Shown piece after piece: positions 19,569-29,369 of a DNA stretch of 64,000 nt. The first letter of the stretch is position 1. Each line of letters starts with the position of its first letter. The position numbers and the translations under genes were made by a program. Under the pieces are notes generated by a model. It saw only the letters and a program-made list of their open reading frames with translations, ran no database searches and was not told where the DNA came from. This DNA comes from an uncultured Tropicimonas sp. (GTDB lineage: Bacteria > Pseudomonadota > Alphaproteobacteria > Rhodobacterales > Rhodobacteraceae), in contig CANLZY010000018.1 of assembly GCA_947495685.1 (NCBI GenBank), forward strand, positions 3,244 to 67,243, read 5' to 3'.

Positions 19569-20095
19569 TCACAGGGGGGACGATGTAGTCATGGATCGCA
19601 GGCCTGATCGCGGATCAAACCCGGTTTCTGGGATGCCGGGAACGAGGTCATCGCGCCGGGTGGACTGGCTGGACCGAGTCAAAGACCCTGACATTTCCGT
19701 GAATCGCCTCGCGACCGTGACGTCAAAAACCGGACCCGACTGCGCGGGCAGGGCAAGATCCACGCGATTGTGGCGTCACCTCCTCGCGCCGCGCGGACAC
19801 GAATGGCGTGCCTGACTGTGCCAGCGGCGTGCGGTTCCTCACTGAGAAGGAATCCTCGCGGTGAGCAACAGCACCAGCGGCATAGGCCTCGCCATCCTTG
19901 GCGATCATGTCGATCGAATCCTCGGCAACGGCCGACCCGTCAGTCGACCGATCCGCTTCCGCCATGACCCGGGATCAAGAAACGCTGTCATCTCACGGGC
20001 GATCGCGAAGACCTGTTCCGAAGATACAGTATGGAGATGTTTTCCCCGCCACGAAGACCAGCCAACACGATGCGGATCTTTTCCTCTGCAGAAAG
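19569..20095 (-). pseudogene. IS3-type transposase remnant (OrfA HTH plus fragments)
   Basis: Minus-strand reading from 20092 gives SAEEKIRIVLAGLRGGENISILYL then a stop, resembling the N-terminal HTH of COG2963/IS3-type OrfA. Downstream frames keep weaker similarity (VARRFTEMSGSL...). Short and multiply disrupted. Confidence 0.4.
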
Positions 20096-20329
20096 ATCTA
20101 GCGGGCCCTGCGTCGGAGACTCTTGACCAGCTTGTCGCTGGTTGCCTTCGTCAGACCCGGAACACCACGTTGTGTTTCCCGGGCTTCCAAGTTCTGTTGG
20201 ATGCGGCGCCCATTTCCCCTCTTGCAGTCAATTTCCATATCCAGCATAAGCCGTCGAACCGTGGTTCGTTGCTCTGTGTGACTAATCAGGGATTGGCCAG
20301 AGCAGGCAGTCGCCTTGTTTTCTTGGCAT

Positions 20330-20406
20330 CGGGGCGTAGCGCAGCCTGGTAGCGCGACGGTTTTGGGTACCGTAGGTCGCAAGTTCGAATCTTGCCGTCC
20401 CGACCA
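20330..20406 (+). tRNA. tRNA-Pro (anticodon TGG)
   Basis: Hand-folded cloverleaf. Acceptor CGGGGCG/CGTCCCG (one G-U), D arm GCGC-AGCCTGGTA-GCGC, anticodon arm ACGGT-TTTGGGT-ACCGT, T arm GCAAG-TTCGAAT-CTTGC, discriminator A, encoded CCA. Confidence 0.9.
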
Positions 20407-20415
20407 TAAGAACAA

Positions 20416-20445
20416 GGGCCTCGGAGAGATCCGAAGGCCCTTTTC
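20416..20445 (+). terminator. Rho-independent terminator after tRNA-Pro
   Basis: GGGCCTCGG-agagat-CCGAAGGCCC (9 bp with one bulge) followed by TTTTCTTT. Confidence 0.65.
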
Positions 20446-20565
20446 TTTGACTGGAGCCTTTCCAGTAAACCTTGTTTGCATCGTTGTACGGTTTTACGGC
20501 TACACGAAAACCTGCTGCTAGCCGGATGACGGCAGACGCAAACGGATTGGCCATGAAAACAAGGT

Positions 20566-21021
20566 CAGTGAGAGAGAATTCACTGGGGGCAGCGCTCTGA
20601 TCCGTGAACGCAAGCACGGCATGATCGAACACCTGATGGTGATGCCTCTGGCCGTTCTTTAGATCGCCGCGGCAAAGATCTGAACCAAGGGGCAGATCAT
20701 CATCCGCGCCTTCACCTTGTCGATGCTCTTGGTGGTCCAAGGCGCGCTCGATGGCGCAACTCGCCCTGCTCGTGCTGATGAGCGTGATCCCGATGCTGGT
20801 GTTCTCCGGCGGCATCCCGTCCGATCGAGACCAGCGCGATCTCATCCCCCTTCACATGGCTGCTACCGTTGCGCCACTACATGGCTTTTGCGCAGGCCGA
20901 ATTGTTCCGAGGTGCCTGGATCGACATCGTCTGGCCCGAACTGGCGACCATCATCGGACTGGGCGCAACCTATCTCACCGTGAGCCTGCCCCAGTTCCTC
21001 AGGTCATTAAACGTCGGCTGA
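20566..21021 (+). pseudogene. ABC-2-type transporter permease, C-terminal remnant with in-frame stops and frameshifts
   Basis: ALIRERKHGMIEHLMVMPLAVL*IAAAKI* matches the conserved REREHGTxEHLLVMP region. It then continues in other frames as QLALLVLMSVIPMLVFSGGIPS and WLLPLRHYMAFAQAELFRGAWIDIVWPELATIIGLGATYLTVSLPQFLRSL. The N-terminal ~200 aa are absent. Confidence 0.7.
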
Positions 21022-21405
21022 CCTTTCCTTGGGACAGCCGAAAAATTTGTTGGTGCGCACATGGGCTCTTTCATCGAAGCCCTTGCCTCTCTGACTTTGA
21101 TTGGACATCGCCCGGCGCTCGTGCCGGGGCGTCGCGGCGTCGCCTCCCGACGTAGCGCCGCACGTGATGACCTAGCGTGCCGCTAGTGGACATCGACAAA
21201 GATTGCGACAAGAATCCGATGCAGGTGTCACACAAAACATCGCGAAAGCCCGACCCGCCGAGGTTCATCGCTGACGGGCCTGTCTGCAGGTTGCGCGTCA
21301 GCCGAAGCAACACGCACCACGACCACACGTTACGGAGGATTGAAGGAGAAGAATATACGTCACCTCCCGGAAGCGTTTATAGTACAACACTTTTTCCGGG
21401 GTGGT

Positions 21406-21492
21406 TGGTGCGGTCGAGAAGACTCGAACTTCCACGGGAGTTACCCCACAGCGACCTCAACGCTGCGCGTCTACCAATTCCGCCACGACCGC
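21406..21492 (-). tRNA. tRNA-Leu (anticodon GAG)
   Basis: The reverse complement folds as GCGGTCG-TG-GCGG-AATTGGTAGA-CGCG..CAGCG-TTGAGGT-CGCTG, a long variable arm, GGAAG-TTCGAGT-CTTCT, CGACCGC-A-CCA. 87 nt, class II tRNA. Confidence 0.9.
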
Positions 21493-21636
21493 ACGTGATC
21501 CAGTAGGACGGGCGGGTATTAGCGAAGGCTGGCGGCGTTGAAAAGCGGTTTTTTTGATTTTTCAACATTTGCACACAGAGAATCGACGGCCTATGGATCT
21601 GCAAGGTCGACAAACCGCCAGCAGGAGGTCTCAAAC

Positions 21637-22299
21637 ATGGTCGAATGGATCACGTCACCCGGTTTGGTGGCCTACGAAACAGCGGTGGAAGACATGGAGC
21701 ACCGTGCGGCGGCGATCCTTGCCGGAACCGAAGACGAAGCGATCTGGCTGCTCGAACACCCTCCGCTCTATACCGCCGGGACCTCTGCAAGGGTGCAGGA
21801 TCTCATCGATCCTGATCGCTTTCCCGTGCATCCGTCCAAACGTGGTGGACAGTATACCTATCACGGCCCCGGGCAGCGTGTTGTCTATGTGATGCTGGAC
21901 CTGAACCGACGCGGCCGCGACGTACGGGCGTTTGTACAGAGCCTGGAGACCTGGGTCATCGACACACTCGACACGTTCAACATCAAGGGCGAGATTCGTC
22001 CCGGCCGGGTGGGTGTGTGGGTGGCCAGGCCAGAGAAGCTCCCACTGCCGGACGGAACTCCGCGTGAAGACAAGATCGCTGCCATAGGAATTCGGCTTCG
22101 CAAATGGGTCAGCTTCCATGGGATATCGATCAACGTCGAACCGGACCTGTCCCATTTCGACGGGATCGTCCCCTGCGGGATTTCCGGCCATGGCGTGACC
22201 AGCCTGGTGGACCTTGGCCTGCCGGTCACGATGGATGATCTCGATGTCGCCCTGCGATCAACCTTTGACGGGGCTTTGCCGATGCCTGCCGACACCTGA
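21637..22299 (+). CDS. lipB: Octanoyltransferase (lipoyl(octanoyl) transferase)
   Basis: [35 protein letters not shown] and [22 protein letters not shown] motifs. GGAGG RBS before ATG 21637. Confidence 0.93.
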   Translation: MVEWITSPGLVAYETAVEDMEHRAAAILAGTEDEAIWLLEHPPLYTAGTSARVQDLIDPDRFPVHPSKRGGQYTYHGPGQRVVYVMLDLNRRGRDVRAFVQSLETWVIDTLDTFNIKGEIRPGRVGVWVARPEKLPLPDGTPREDKIAAIGIRLRKWVSFHGISINVEPDLSHFDGIVPCGISGHGVTSLVDLGLPVTMDDLDVALRSTFDGALPMPADT

Positions 22300-22395
22300 G
22301 CGCATTCTGCCCCAAAGGATGCTCCAATGCCGCACCGAGTCGGTGGCCCCGCTGTTGCGGTTGTCCCCCGACAGGCAGCGGTCTAAAGGCGGAAC

Positions 22396-23307
22396 ATGCT
22401 GACCATTTTCATCGCCATCGCGCCCGTCTTCCTGCTGATTCTCGGCGGCTATGGCTTGCGTCGCGGCGGAATTCCGTCGACCGAGTTCTGGAATCTGAAC
22501 GACAAATTGGTCTATTGGGTGCTGATGCCGGCGCTGTTCTTTGCCAAGATCTCCAGCGCCGACCTGACCAGCGGGACCTTGGGCAGCTATGCGGTGATCC
22601 TGTATACCGGGTTCTTCGCTGCGATCGGCGCGGGGTTGTTGCTGGGACGCGCCTGGTCGGCTGCCGATGCAACGTCGATCCTTCAGGGCAGTGCGCGATT
22701 CAACACCTTCGTGGCTCTGGCGCTTGCCGAAACCCTGTTTGGCGCAGCAGGCCTGCAGACCGCCGTTCTGGGCTCCGCCGTCTTGATTCCGGTAGTGAAC
22801 GTCACGGTCGTGACATTACTGTCGCTTCTGATCGGGACCCGTGGCCGCAGCGTTTTTGCCGAACTGGCCCGAAACCCGCTGATCCTCAGCATTGCGGCAG
22901 GCGCGTTGTTCAACCTCGCCGGTTGGACAGAGGTGCCGGTCCTGCACGAATGCGCCCGTATCCTTGGGTCTGCCGCGCTGCCGATCATGTTGATGTGCGT
23001 CGGCGCGAATCTGAAGGTCCGTGGCTTGCAAGGATCGATCCTGGCGATCAGCGCCGCCACGTTCGGCAAGTTCATCGTGTTTCCCGCCGGCGTCCTGCTG
23101 GCGATCATGTTCTTGCAACCTGATCGGCTGACCGCAGAAATCGCCGTCATCTTTGCCAGCCTGCCCACCGGTGTCGCGGCCTACACGCTCGCGCGTCAAA
23201 TGGGCGGCAACGCACAGCTGATGGCAGCGATCATCACGGTCCAGACCCTGCTGAGCTTTGTGACGCTCCCCGTGACGTTGATGTTCGCCCGCTGGCTGCT
23301 CGGGTAG
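22396..23307 (+). CDS. AEC (auxin efflux carrier) family transporter
   Basis: About 10 TM helices. N-terminus MLTIFIAIAPVFLLILGGYGLRR...LVYWVLMPALFF is typical of the Mem_trans/AEC family. Confidence 0.85.
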   Translation: MLTIFIAIAPVFLLILGGYGLRRGGIPSTEFWNLNDKLVYWVLMPALFFAKISSADLTSGTLGSYAVILYTGFFAAIGAGLLLGRAWSAADATSILQGSARFNTFVALALAETLFGAAGLQTAVLGSAVLIPVVNVTVVTLLSLLIGTRGRSVFAELARNPLILSIAAGALFNLAGWTEVPVLHECARILGSAALPIMLMCVGANLKVRGLQGSILAISAATFGKFIVFPAGVLLAIMFLQPDRLTAEIAVIFASLPTGVAAYTLARQMGGNAQLMAAIITVQTLLSFVTLPVTLMFARWLLG

Positions 23308-23499
23308 ATCGCATTTCCGAGCATCATGTCGGCCATAATCGCGGGATCTGCGAAAAGCGCATGCAGCATATTGTTTCGCATCACACATATTGAATGTTGC
23401 CGCCCCAATTCCTAGGCCCTACTGTGGCCGCTGGACGCGCAGGTGCACCATCGGGAGAGGTGTGCCTGATGAACAGGACAAACAAGCCGGAGGTAATGC

Positions 23500-25173
23500 A
23501 TGGCCGATGCAGCCATTCACGGACATGACCATGAGGACAATCGGGGATTTTTCACCCGTTGGTTCATGTCCACCAATCACAAGGACATCGGGATTCTCTA
23601 CCTGATCGTCTCGGCCGCTGTCGGCTTCATTGCGGTGTTCTTCACCGTTCTGATGCGGATCGAGCTGATGACACCCGGTGTGCAACACATGTGCATGGAA
23701 GGGTATCGCACCTTTGCCAGCAGCACTGAGGGCTGTACGCCAAACGGACACATCTGGAACGTGCTGATCACGGCACACGGAATCCTGATGATGTTCTTTG
23801 TTGTCATTCCCGCCCTCTTTGGCGGATTTGGAAACTATTTCATGCCGTTGCAGATCGGTGCGCCGGACATGGCGTTCCCGCGGCTCAACAACCTCAGCTT
23901 CTGGATGTACGTGGCCGGCTGCTGTCTTGCCATTGCCTCGGTGTTCAGCCCCGGCGGCAACGGTCAGCTTGGCTCGGGCGTCGGCTGGGTGCTGTACCCA
24001 CCGCTTTCGGTCAACGAAGGCGGCTATTCGATGGACCTGGCGATCTTTGCCGTGCACGTCTCGGGCGCCAGCTCGATCTTGGGCGCGATCAACATGATCA
24101 CCACCTTCCTGAACATGCGCGCGCCGGGCATGACGCTGCACAAGGTGCCGCTGTTTGCCTGGTCGATCTTTGTCACTGCCTGGCTGATTCTTCTCAGCCT
24201 GCCGGTTCTGGCCGGCGCGATCACCATGCTGCTGACCGACCGCAACTTTGGCACGACCTTCTTTGATCCGGCCGGTGGCGGGGATCCGGTGCTGTACCAG
24301 CACATCCTGTGGTTCTTTGGCCACCCGGAAGTGTACATCGTTATCGTGCCCGGGTTCGGAATTGCCAGCCACGTGATCGCGACCTTCTCGCGCAAGCCGA
24401 TCTTTGGCTACCTGCCGATGGTCTACGCGATGGTTGCGATTGGTGTTCTGGGCTTCGTCGTCTGGGCGCACCACATGTACACCGTTGGCATGTCGCTAAG
24501 CCAGCAGAGCTATTTCATGCTGGCCACGATGGTGATCGCCGTGCCCACCGGGGTGAAGGTGTTCAGTTGGATTGCCACGATGTGGGGCGGCTCGATCGAG
24601 TTCAAGGTGCCCATGCTCTGGGCGATGGGCTTCCTGTTCCTGTTCACCGTCGGTGGTGTGACCGGCGTCGTGCTGAGCCAGGCGGGCGTGGATCGTGCCT
24701 ATCACGACACCTACTACGTGGTTGCGCACTTCCATTACGTGATGAGCCTTGGCGCGGTGTTCTGCATCTTTGCCGGGATATACTTCTGGTTTGGCAAGAT
24801 GTCGGGGCGGCACTACAACGAGCGCCTTGGGCAGATCCATTTCTGGATGATGTTCATCGGCGCCAACCTGACCTTCTTCCCGCAGCACTTCCTCGGGCGT
24901 CAGGGCATGCCGCGTCGCTACATCGACTATCCGGAGGCCTTCGCCACCTGGAACTACGTGTCGTCGATCGGCTCGTTCATCGCATTCGCGTCGTTCCTGC
25001 TGTTCATCTACATCATCGTTCAGGCCCTTCGCTCGGGTGAGAAGATCACCGAGACGAACTACTGGAACGAGTATGCGGATACGCTGGAGTGGACCCTGCC
25101 CTGCCCGCCGCCGGAGCACACCTTCGAGACGCTCCCCAAGCAAAGCGAGTGGGATCACGGCCCCGCCCACTGA
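23500..25173 (+). CDS. ctaD: Cytochrome c oxidase subunit I
   Basis: [37 protein letters not shown] and HHMYTVG heme-copper oxidase signatures. 557 aa. Confidence 0.97.
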   Translation: MADAAIHGHDHEDNRGFFTRWFMSTNHKDIGILYLIVSAAVGFIAVFFTVLMRIELMTPGVQHMCMEGYRTFASSTEGCTPNGHIWNVLITAHGILMMFFVVIPALFGGFGNYFMPLQIGAPDMAFPRLNNLSFWMYVAGCCLAIASVFSPGGNGQLGSGVGWVLYPPLSVNEGGYSMDLAIFAVHVSGASSILGAINMITTFLNMRAPGMTLHKVPLFAWSIFVTAWLILLSLPVLAGAITMLLTDRNFGTTFFDPAGGGDPVLYQHILWFFGHPEVYIVIVPGFGIASHVIATFSRKPIFGYLPMVYAMVAIGVLGFVVWAHHMYTVGMSLSQQSYFMLATMVIAVPTGVKVFSWIATMWGGSIEFKVPMLWAMGFLFLFTVGGVTGVVLSQAGVDRAYHDTYYVVAHFHYVMSLGAVFCIFAGIYFWFGKMSGRHYNERLGQIHFWMMFIGANLTFFPQHFLGRQGMPRRYIDYPEAFATWNYVSSIGSFIAFASFLLFIYIIVQALRSGEKITETNYWNEYADTLEWTLPCPPPEHTFETLPKQSEWDHGPAH

Positions 25174-25197
25174 TCCGGGCACGTCGAGAGATTGGAG

Positions 25198-25225
25198 GGC
25201 CCCGGAGATTTCCGGGGCCTTTTTT
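25198..25225 (+). terminator. Rho-independent terminator after ctaD
   Basis: GGCCCCGGA-gatt-TCCGGGGCC stem followed by TTTTTT. Confidence 0.85.
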
Positions 25226-25458
25226 CTTGGCCATTGCCCCGGTGCTATTGCCTCAAACTTGGATCATCGCGATCCAGCGCACGCCCCGACGAGCAGGTGA
25301 CGCCCGACGTCCCGCAATCGGGTCCCTTTCAACCCTTCCGGATGCGCACCTCGCGAGAGACAGGCTGCATCCGAGCCGGGAACCATCGCAGCAAGCGGCC
25401 TTGTTGGCGCAATGTTGCCACGACCTCCCTGCCCCAACTGTTCGGACATCCCAGAACC

Positions 25459-25959
25459 GTGCCATACGAATGGATCCCTCCTGCCGCAGACGCAACCGAT
25501 GCCCCGGTCCACGAGTTGCACTTGTGGCCTCACCGCTCCCTGCCAAAACGCGGCTTTGTCGTTTTCATTGGCATCACCTTCGTACTGTTGTTGGTACCGC
25601 TGTTTCCTGCGATTGGCTCGCCCGTGCTTTGGGGCCTTCTGCCATTCCTGATGGGCACGCTTGCGCTGGTTTTCTGGGCGATCCAGAAGAGCTATCGCGA
25701 CGGCGAGGTGTTGGAAGATTTGCGCATCTGGGACACCCGGATCCGGCTGGAACGCCACGTGCCGCACACGCCGACACAGACGTGGGAGGCAAACCCGCAT
25801 TGGGTCGAGGTCACCCTGCATCCGACCGCCGGCCCCGTCCCGAACTATGTGACCCTGCGGGGCTCCGGACGCGAAGTCGAGATCGGTGCCTTCCTCAGCG
25901 ACGATGAGCGCCTTGACCTTTACAACGAACTGTCGCGATACCTTCCCACGAGGGGATGA
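25459..25959 (+). CDS. DUF2244-family integral membrane protein
   Basis: LHLWPHRSLPKRGFVVFIGITFVLLLVPLF...NPHWVEVTLHPTAGPVPNYVTLRGSGREVEIGAFLSDDER matches the DUF2244 layout often found next to ctaD. GTG 25459 (MPYEW...) is preferred and ATG 25342 is the alternative. The track start at 25192 lies inside the ctaD terminator. Confidence 0.7.
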   Translation: MPYEWIPPAADATDAPVHELHLWPHRSLPKRGFVVFIGITFVLLLVPLFPAIGSPVLWGLLPFLMGTLALVFWAIQKSYRDGEVLEDLRIWDTRIRLERHVPHTPTQTWEANPHWVEVTLHPTAGPVPNYVTLRGSGREVEIGAFLSDDERLDLYNELSRYLPTRG

Positions 25960-25963
25960 ACAG

Positions 25964-26878
25964 ATGACGCAGGTTCCGGCGACTCCAAAGACGCGGCGTG
26001 CAGGCATTCGGCTGGCGGCAGCCACGCTGGGGCCACGCTGGACATTCGATCACCTTGCGCAGCAGGCCTCCGAACTGGACGCGCTTGAGCGGCGCGCAAA
26101 TGCACGCCCTGTGCCCGCCGAGGACCCGTCCGTGGTGTTTCTGATCCCGCTGGTCGGGCGGCATCATGTGGACAATTGGACCGAGGTCCAGTCAAGACTT
26201 GCCGACACGATAGACAGCTTCCGCCACCAGACCTCTGGACGATGGAGCGCGCTGGTCTGTGGACAAGATCGACCGGAAAACGTGACCTTTGATTCGCAGG
26301 TTCGGTTCCTGCCCTTCACAACCCCATTCGACGGCAACGACAAGTGGGCAAAGCTGGAGCAACTATGCCTGGCGTTGCCGTCAGCGGGTACCAGCGATGG
26401 TTATGCCATGCCGTTTGACGCCGACGACCTACTGGCGCGCGGCGCCGTCGCTGAAATGACGACCCGGAAGGAGCGAAACGGCTATCTTGTGACCCGTGGC
26501 CTGATCACGGATGCCCAGAGCCGTCAGGTGGGGCTCTGTGCCCCCCAGAGCCTGCTGCACCCGGGGCGCAAGGCCTTCTGGAAGATGTGCGGCAGTTGCG
26601 CCGCGTTCCGGTTCGATTTCAGCCACTCGACCCGCGATGCCGAGTATTTGGCGGCCGTGACCAGCCACGAACACCGGATGTTCCCGTATCTTGCCGCACT
26701 CGCCGGGCGACGGCTGGCGTCCCTGCGGCAGGAGGCGGTGATGTACATCGTCAATCACGGAGAAAACTTTGGCAAACGCCGCGGGCGGGTCGGGTTCAAG
26801 ACCCGCTATGTCTCGCGCCACGAGATCACCGACGCCAAGGCCCATGCCCGCATCAGGGCAGACTTCCCGACAGTGTAA
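25964..26878 (+). CDS. Glycosyltransferase family 2-like protein (putative)
   Basis: ATG 25964, 5 nt after the upstream stop. VVFLIPLVGR... and a DxD-like MPFDADDLL are consistent with a GT-A fold. The rest is unrecognised. Confidence 0.5.
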   Translation: MTQVPATPKTRRAGIRLAAATLGPRWTFDHLAQQASELDALERRANARPVPAEDPSVVFLIPLVGRHHVDNWTEVQSRLADTIDSFRHQTSGRWSALVCGQDRPENVTFDSQVRFLPFTTPFDGNDKWAKLEQLCLALPSAGTSDGYAMPFDADDLLARGAVAEMTTRKERNGYLVTRGLITDAQSRQVGLCAPQSLLHPGRKAFWKMCGSCAAFRFDFSHSTRDAEYLAAVTSHEHRMFPYLAALAGRRLASLRQEAVMYIVNHGENFGKRRGRVGFKTRYVSRHEITDAKAHARIRADFPTV

Positions 26879-26904
26879 CCGGCAGGAGCATCCGGCCAAC
26901 CCAA

Positions 26905-27447
26905 TCAGGTTTCGTCGACCGTCGCCGGCAAGGTTTCGTCACCCGCCCCAAGCGGAAGCTGCATGAGAACCGTGTCGACCCAGCGGCCATGCTTGAACCC
27001 GACCGAACGCAACGTGCCTGCATCCCGAAAACCAAGCCGCGCATGCAACCCTATCGAACCCGCGTTGTTGCTGTCGCCAATAACGGCGATCATCTGCCGC
27101 CAACCGCCGGCTCCACACCGTGCCACCAGTTCGGACAACAATGCCCTACCGACACCCAACCCGCGGGCCTCTGGCGCCACATAGACCGAATTTTCCAGCG
27201 TATTTCGATAGGCCGGCCGGCTGCGGTGGTGCCCGGCGTAGCAATACCCGACCACTTGGCCGTCGATTTCGGCCACCAAGTATGGCAACCGAAGCGACAG
27301 GACCGCCACCCGTCGTGCGCTGAGTTCCGCGACCGAGGGAGGCACCTCCTCGAACGTCGCCAGGCCATTCAGAACCTCGGCGGCATAGATGGATTGAACT
27401 GTCGGCATGTCATCGGGCGTGCTGTCCCGAACGGTCAGATTGCTCAT
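26905..27447 (-). CDS. GNAT N-acetyltransferase (phosphinothricin-acetyltransferase-like)
   Basis: ATFEEVPPSVAEL, LVAEIDGQVVGYCYAG, SVYVAPEARGLGVGRALL and SIGLHARLGFRDAG. Start at the internal ATG (MSNLTVRDST). Confidence 0.85.
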   Translation of the reverse strand: MSNLTVRDSTPDDMPTVQSIYAAEVLNGLATFEEVPPSVAELSARRVAVLSLRLPYLVAEIDGQVVGYCYAGHHRSRPAYRNTLENSVYVAPEARGLGVGRALLSELVARCGAGGWRQMIAVIGDSNNAGSIGLHARLGFRDAGTLRSVGFKHGRWVDTVLMQLPLGAGDETLPATVDET

Positions 27448-27510
27448 GTCCCGGAGGTCCTGTCTGTGTGGCGCGGCGTGTCGCCCCAAAGGTCGCGCGC
27501 GCCCCGCGCC

Positions 27511-27972
27511 TTAGCTGAGTTGAGATTTTACTTGCGGGCCGACCGATCCGAAATCCATCTGCCCTGTGTATTTCGCCTTCAGGGCGCCAATGACCCTGCC
27601 CATGTCGCGGATGCTTTCGGCACCGGTCTCGGCAATCGCGGCGGTGATGGCTTTCTGGACTTCTTCCTCGCTCAACTGGCGCGGCAGGAATTCCTCCAGA
27701 ACCTTGACTTCGGCCAGTTCCTTTTCCGCCAGCTCCAGACGTCCACCCTCTTCGTAGGCGCGTGCGCTTTCCTGGCGCTGCTTGACCATCTTGCCAAGGA
27801 TTTGCAGCACATCTGCATCCGAAACACCCACCGTCGCGCCCTCTGTCCGGGTCGCGATGTCCCGATCCTTTATGGCCGCAGTGATAAGCCGCAGGGTCGA
27901 CAGTCTGTCGGCCTGCTTGTTGCGCATGGCGTCTTTCAGGCCGGCGCTTACTCGGTCTCTCAAAAGCATCAT
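27511..27972 (-). CDS. GatB/YqeY domain protein
   Basis: MLLRDRVSAGLKDAMRNKQADRLSTLRLITAAIKDRDI... is a typical YqeY. Divergent from carA, as in many alphaproteobacteria. Confidence 0.88.
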   Translation of the reverse strand: MMLLRDRVSAGLKDAMRNKQADRLSTLRLITAAIKDRDIATRTEGATVGVSDADVLQILGKMVKQRQESARAYEEGGRLELAEKELAEVKVLEEFLPRQLSEEEVQKAITAAIAETGAESIRDMGRVIGALKAKYTGQMDFGSVGPQVKSQLS

Positions 27973-28117
27973 CCGAATGTCCTCTGGGTGTCCCAACCTC
28001 GGGGCCGCTACCTAATGCTTTCGCCCCGTGTTGACAACCTGTCGCGCCACGAGGTCGGGTTGACGCCCTGACGCCTGCCCCATAGGTTGCCGCAGATTTG
28101 CCCGCAGGAGTCGCCCA

Positions 28118-29275
28118 ATGCCACAAACCAGACCCACCGCATGTCTTGCCCTCGCCGACGGCACGCTGTTCTACGGACAGGGGTTCGGTGCCACTGGCCA
28201 GACCGTTGCAGAGCTGTGTTTCAACACCGCGATGACCGGGTATCAGGAGATCATGACCGACCCGTCCTATGCCGGGCAGATCGTGACATTTACCTTTCCG
28301 CATGTCGGAAACGTCGGTGTGAACCCGGACGACGACGAAACCGCCGATCCGGTGGCTGCGGGCATGGTGGTGAAATGGGATCCGACATCGCCGTCGAACT
28401 GGCGTGCCGCAGAGCCGTTGACCACTTGGCTGGCGCGTCGCGGACGGATCGGCATGGGCGGGGTGGATACGCGTCGCCTGACCCGTGCAATCCGGATGCA
28501 GGGTGCCCCCCATGCCGCGCTGGCGCATAACCCGGACGGGGTTTTCGACATCCAAGGCCTCGTCAAGGCGGCCCGCAGCTTTGCTGGTCTCGAAGGACAA
28601 GATCTGGCGCGAGGCGTCACTTGTGCCCAATCTTATCGTTGGGACGAAATGCGGTGGGCCTGGCCTGAAGGATACCGAAACCGCGAAACGCCCGGTCACA
28701 AGGTCGTGGCACTCGACTATGGCGCCAAGCGCAACATCCTGCGCTGCCTGGCCTCGGCTGGTTGCGACGTTACGGTGTTGCCCGCCACCGCCACGGCCGA
28801 GGAGGTCCTGGCCCATTCGCCTGACGGGGTTTTCCTGTCGAACGGTCCCGGCGACCCGGCTGCAACCGGGGAATATGCCGTGCCGATGATTCGCACGATT
28901 CTGGACACGACCGAGCTTCCGGTGTTCGGGATCTGCCTTGGGCATCAGATGCTCGCGCTGGCGCTTGGTGCACGCACCATCAAGATGAACCACGGGCACC
29001 ACGGCGCCAACCATCCGGTCAAGGATCTGGAAACCGGCAAGGTCGAGATCACCTCCATGAACCACGGCTTCACCGTGGACAGCCAAACCCTGCCAGACAA
29101 CGTTGCTGAAACCCATGTTTCGTTGTTCGATGGGTCCAATTGCGGCATTCGCATGAAGGATCGACCAGTCTTTTCGGTGCAGTACCACCCCGAGGCAAGC
29201 CCCGGCCCGCAGGACAGCTACTACCTGTTCGAACGTTTCGCTGCTGCAATGGTAGCACGCTCCGAAACTGTTTGA
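28118..29275 (+). CDS. carA: Carbamoyl-phosphate synthase small (glutaminase) subunit
   Basis: [33 protein letters not shown], catalytic GICLGHQ and [11 protein letters not shown]. Confidence 0.97.
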   Translation: MPQTRPTACLALADGTLFYGQGFGATGQTVAELCFNTAMTGYQEIMTDPSYAGQIVTFTFPHVGNVGVNPDDDETADPVAAGMVVKWDPTSPSNWRAAEPLTTWLARRGRIGMGGVDTRRLTRAIRMQGAPHAALAHNPDGVFDIQGLVKAARSFAGLEGQDLARGVTCAQSYRWDEMRWAWPEGYRNRETPGHKVVALDYGAKRNILRCLASAGCDVTVLPATATAEEVLAHSPDGVFLSNGPGDPAATGEYAVPMIRTILDTTELPVFGICLGHQMLALALGARTIKMNHGHHGANHPVKDLETGKVEITSMNHGFTVDSQTLPDNVAETHVSLFDGSNCGIRMKDRPVFSVQYHPEASPGPQDSYYLFERFAAAMVARSETV

Positions 29276-29369
29276 ATCGTCCATTGAGAGAGTGGTCTCT
29301 CGGTTAATGCTCCGTTAACCAGCCCCCCGGCAGAGTTCCCCGACTTTCAGGGTACTCTAGAGGCTTGAA

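Noticed and set aside
12000-21500. Classical tRNA-linked integrative island with an integrase
   Set aside because: No tyrosine or serine recombinase gene, nor even a fragment, was recognised, and no att-like duplicate of a tRNA 3' end was spotted by eye. Only decayed IS transposase genes are present, so the region is described as accessory and decayed rather than as a defined island.
23419-24474. 351-aa minus-strand ORF
   Set aside because: It is antisense to ctaD. It is very Arg/His/Asp-rich and has no hydrophobic core.
26587-28071. 494-aa plus-strand ORF
   Set aside because: It overlaps the GT2-like gene in another frame and is antisense to the GNAT and yqeY genes. The sequence is Arg/Pro-rich.
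27410-29284. 624-aa minus-strand ORF
   Set aside because: It is antisense to carA and overlaps yqeY in another frame. The sequence is Arg/Gly/Pro-rich.
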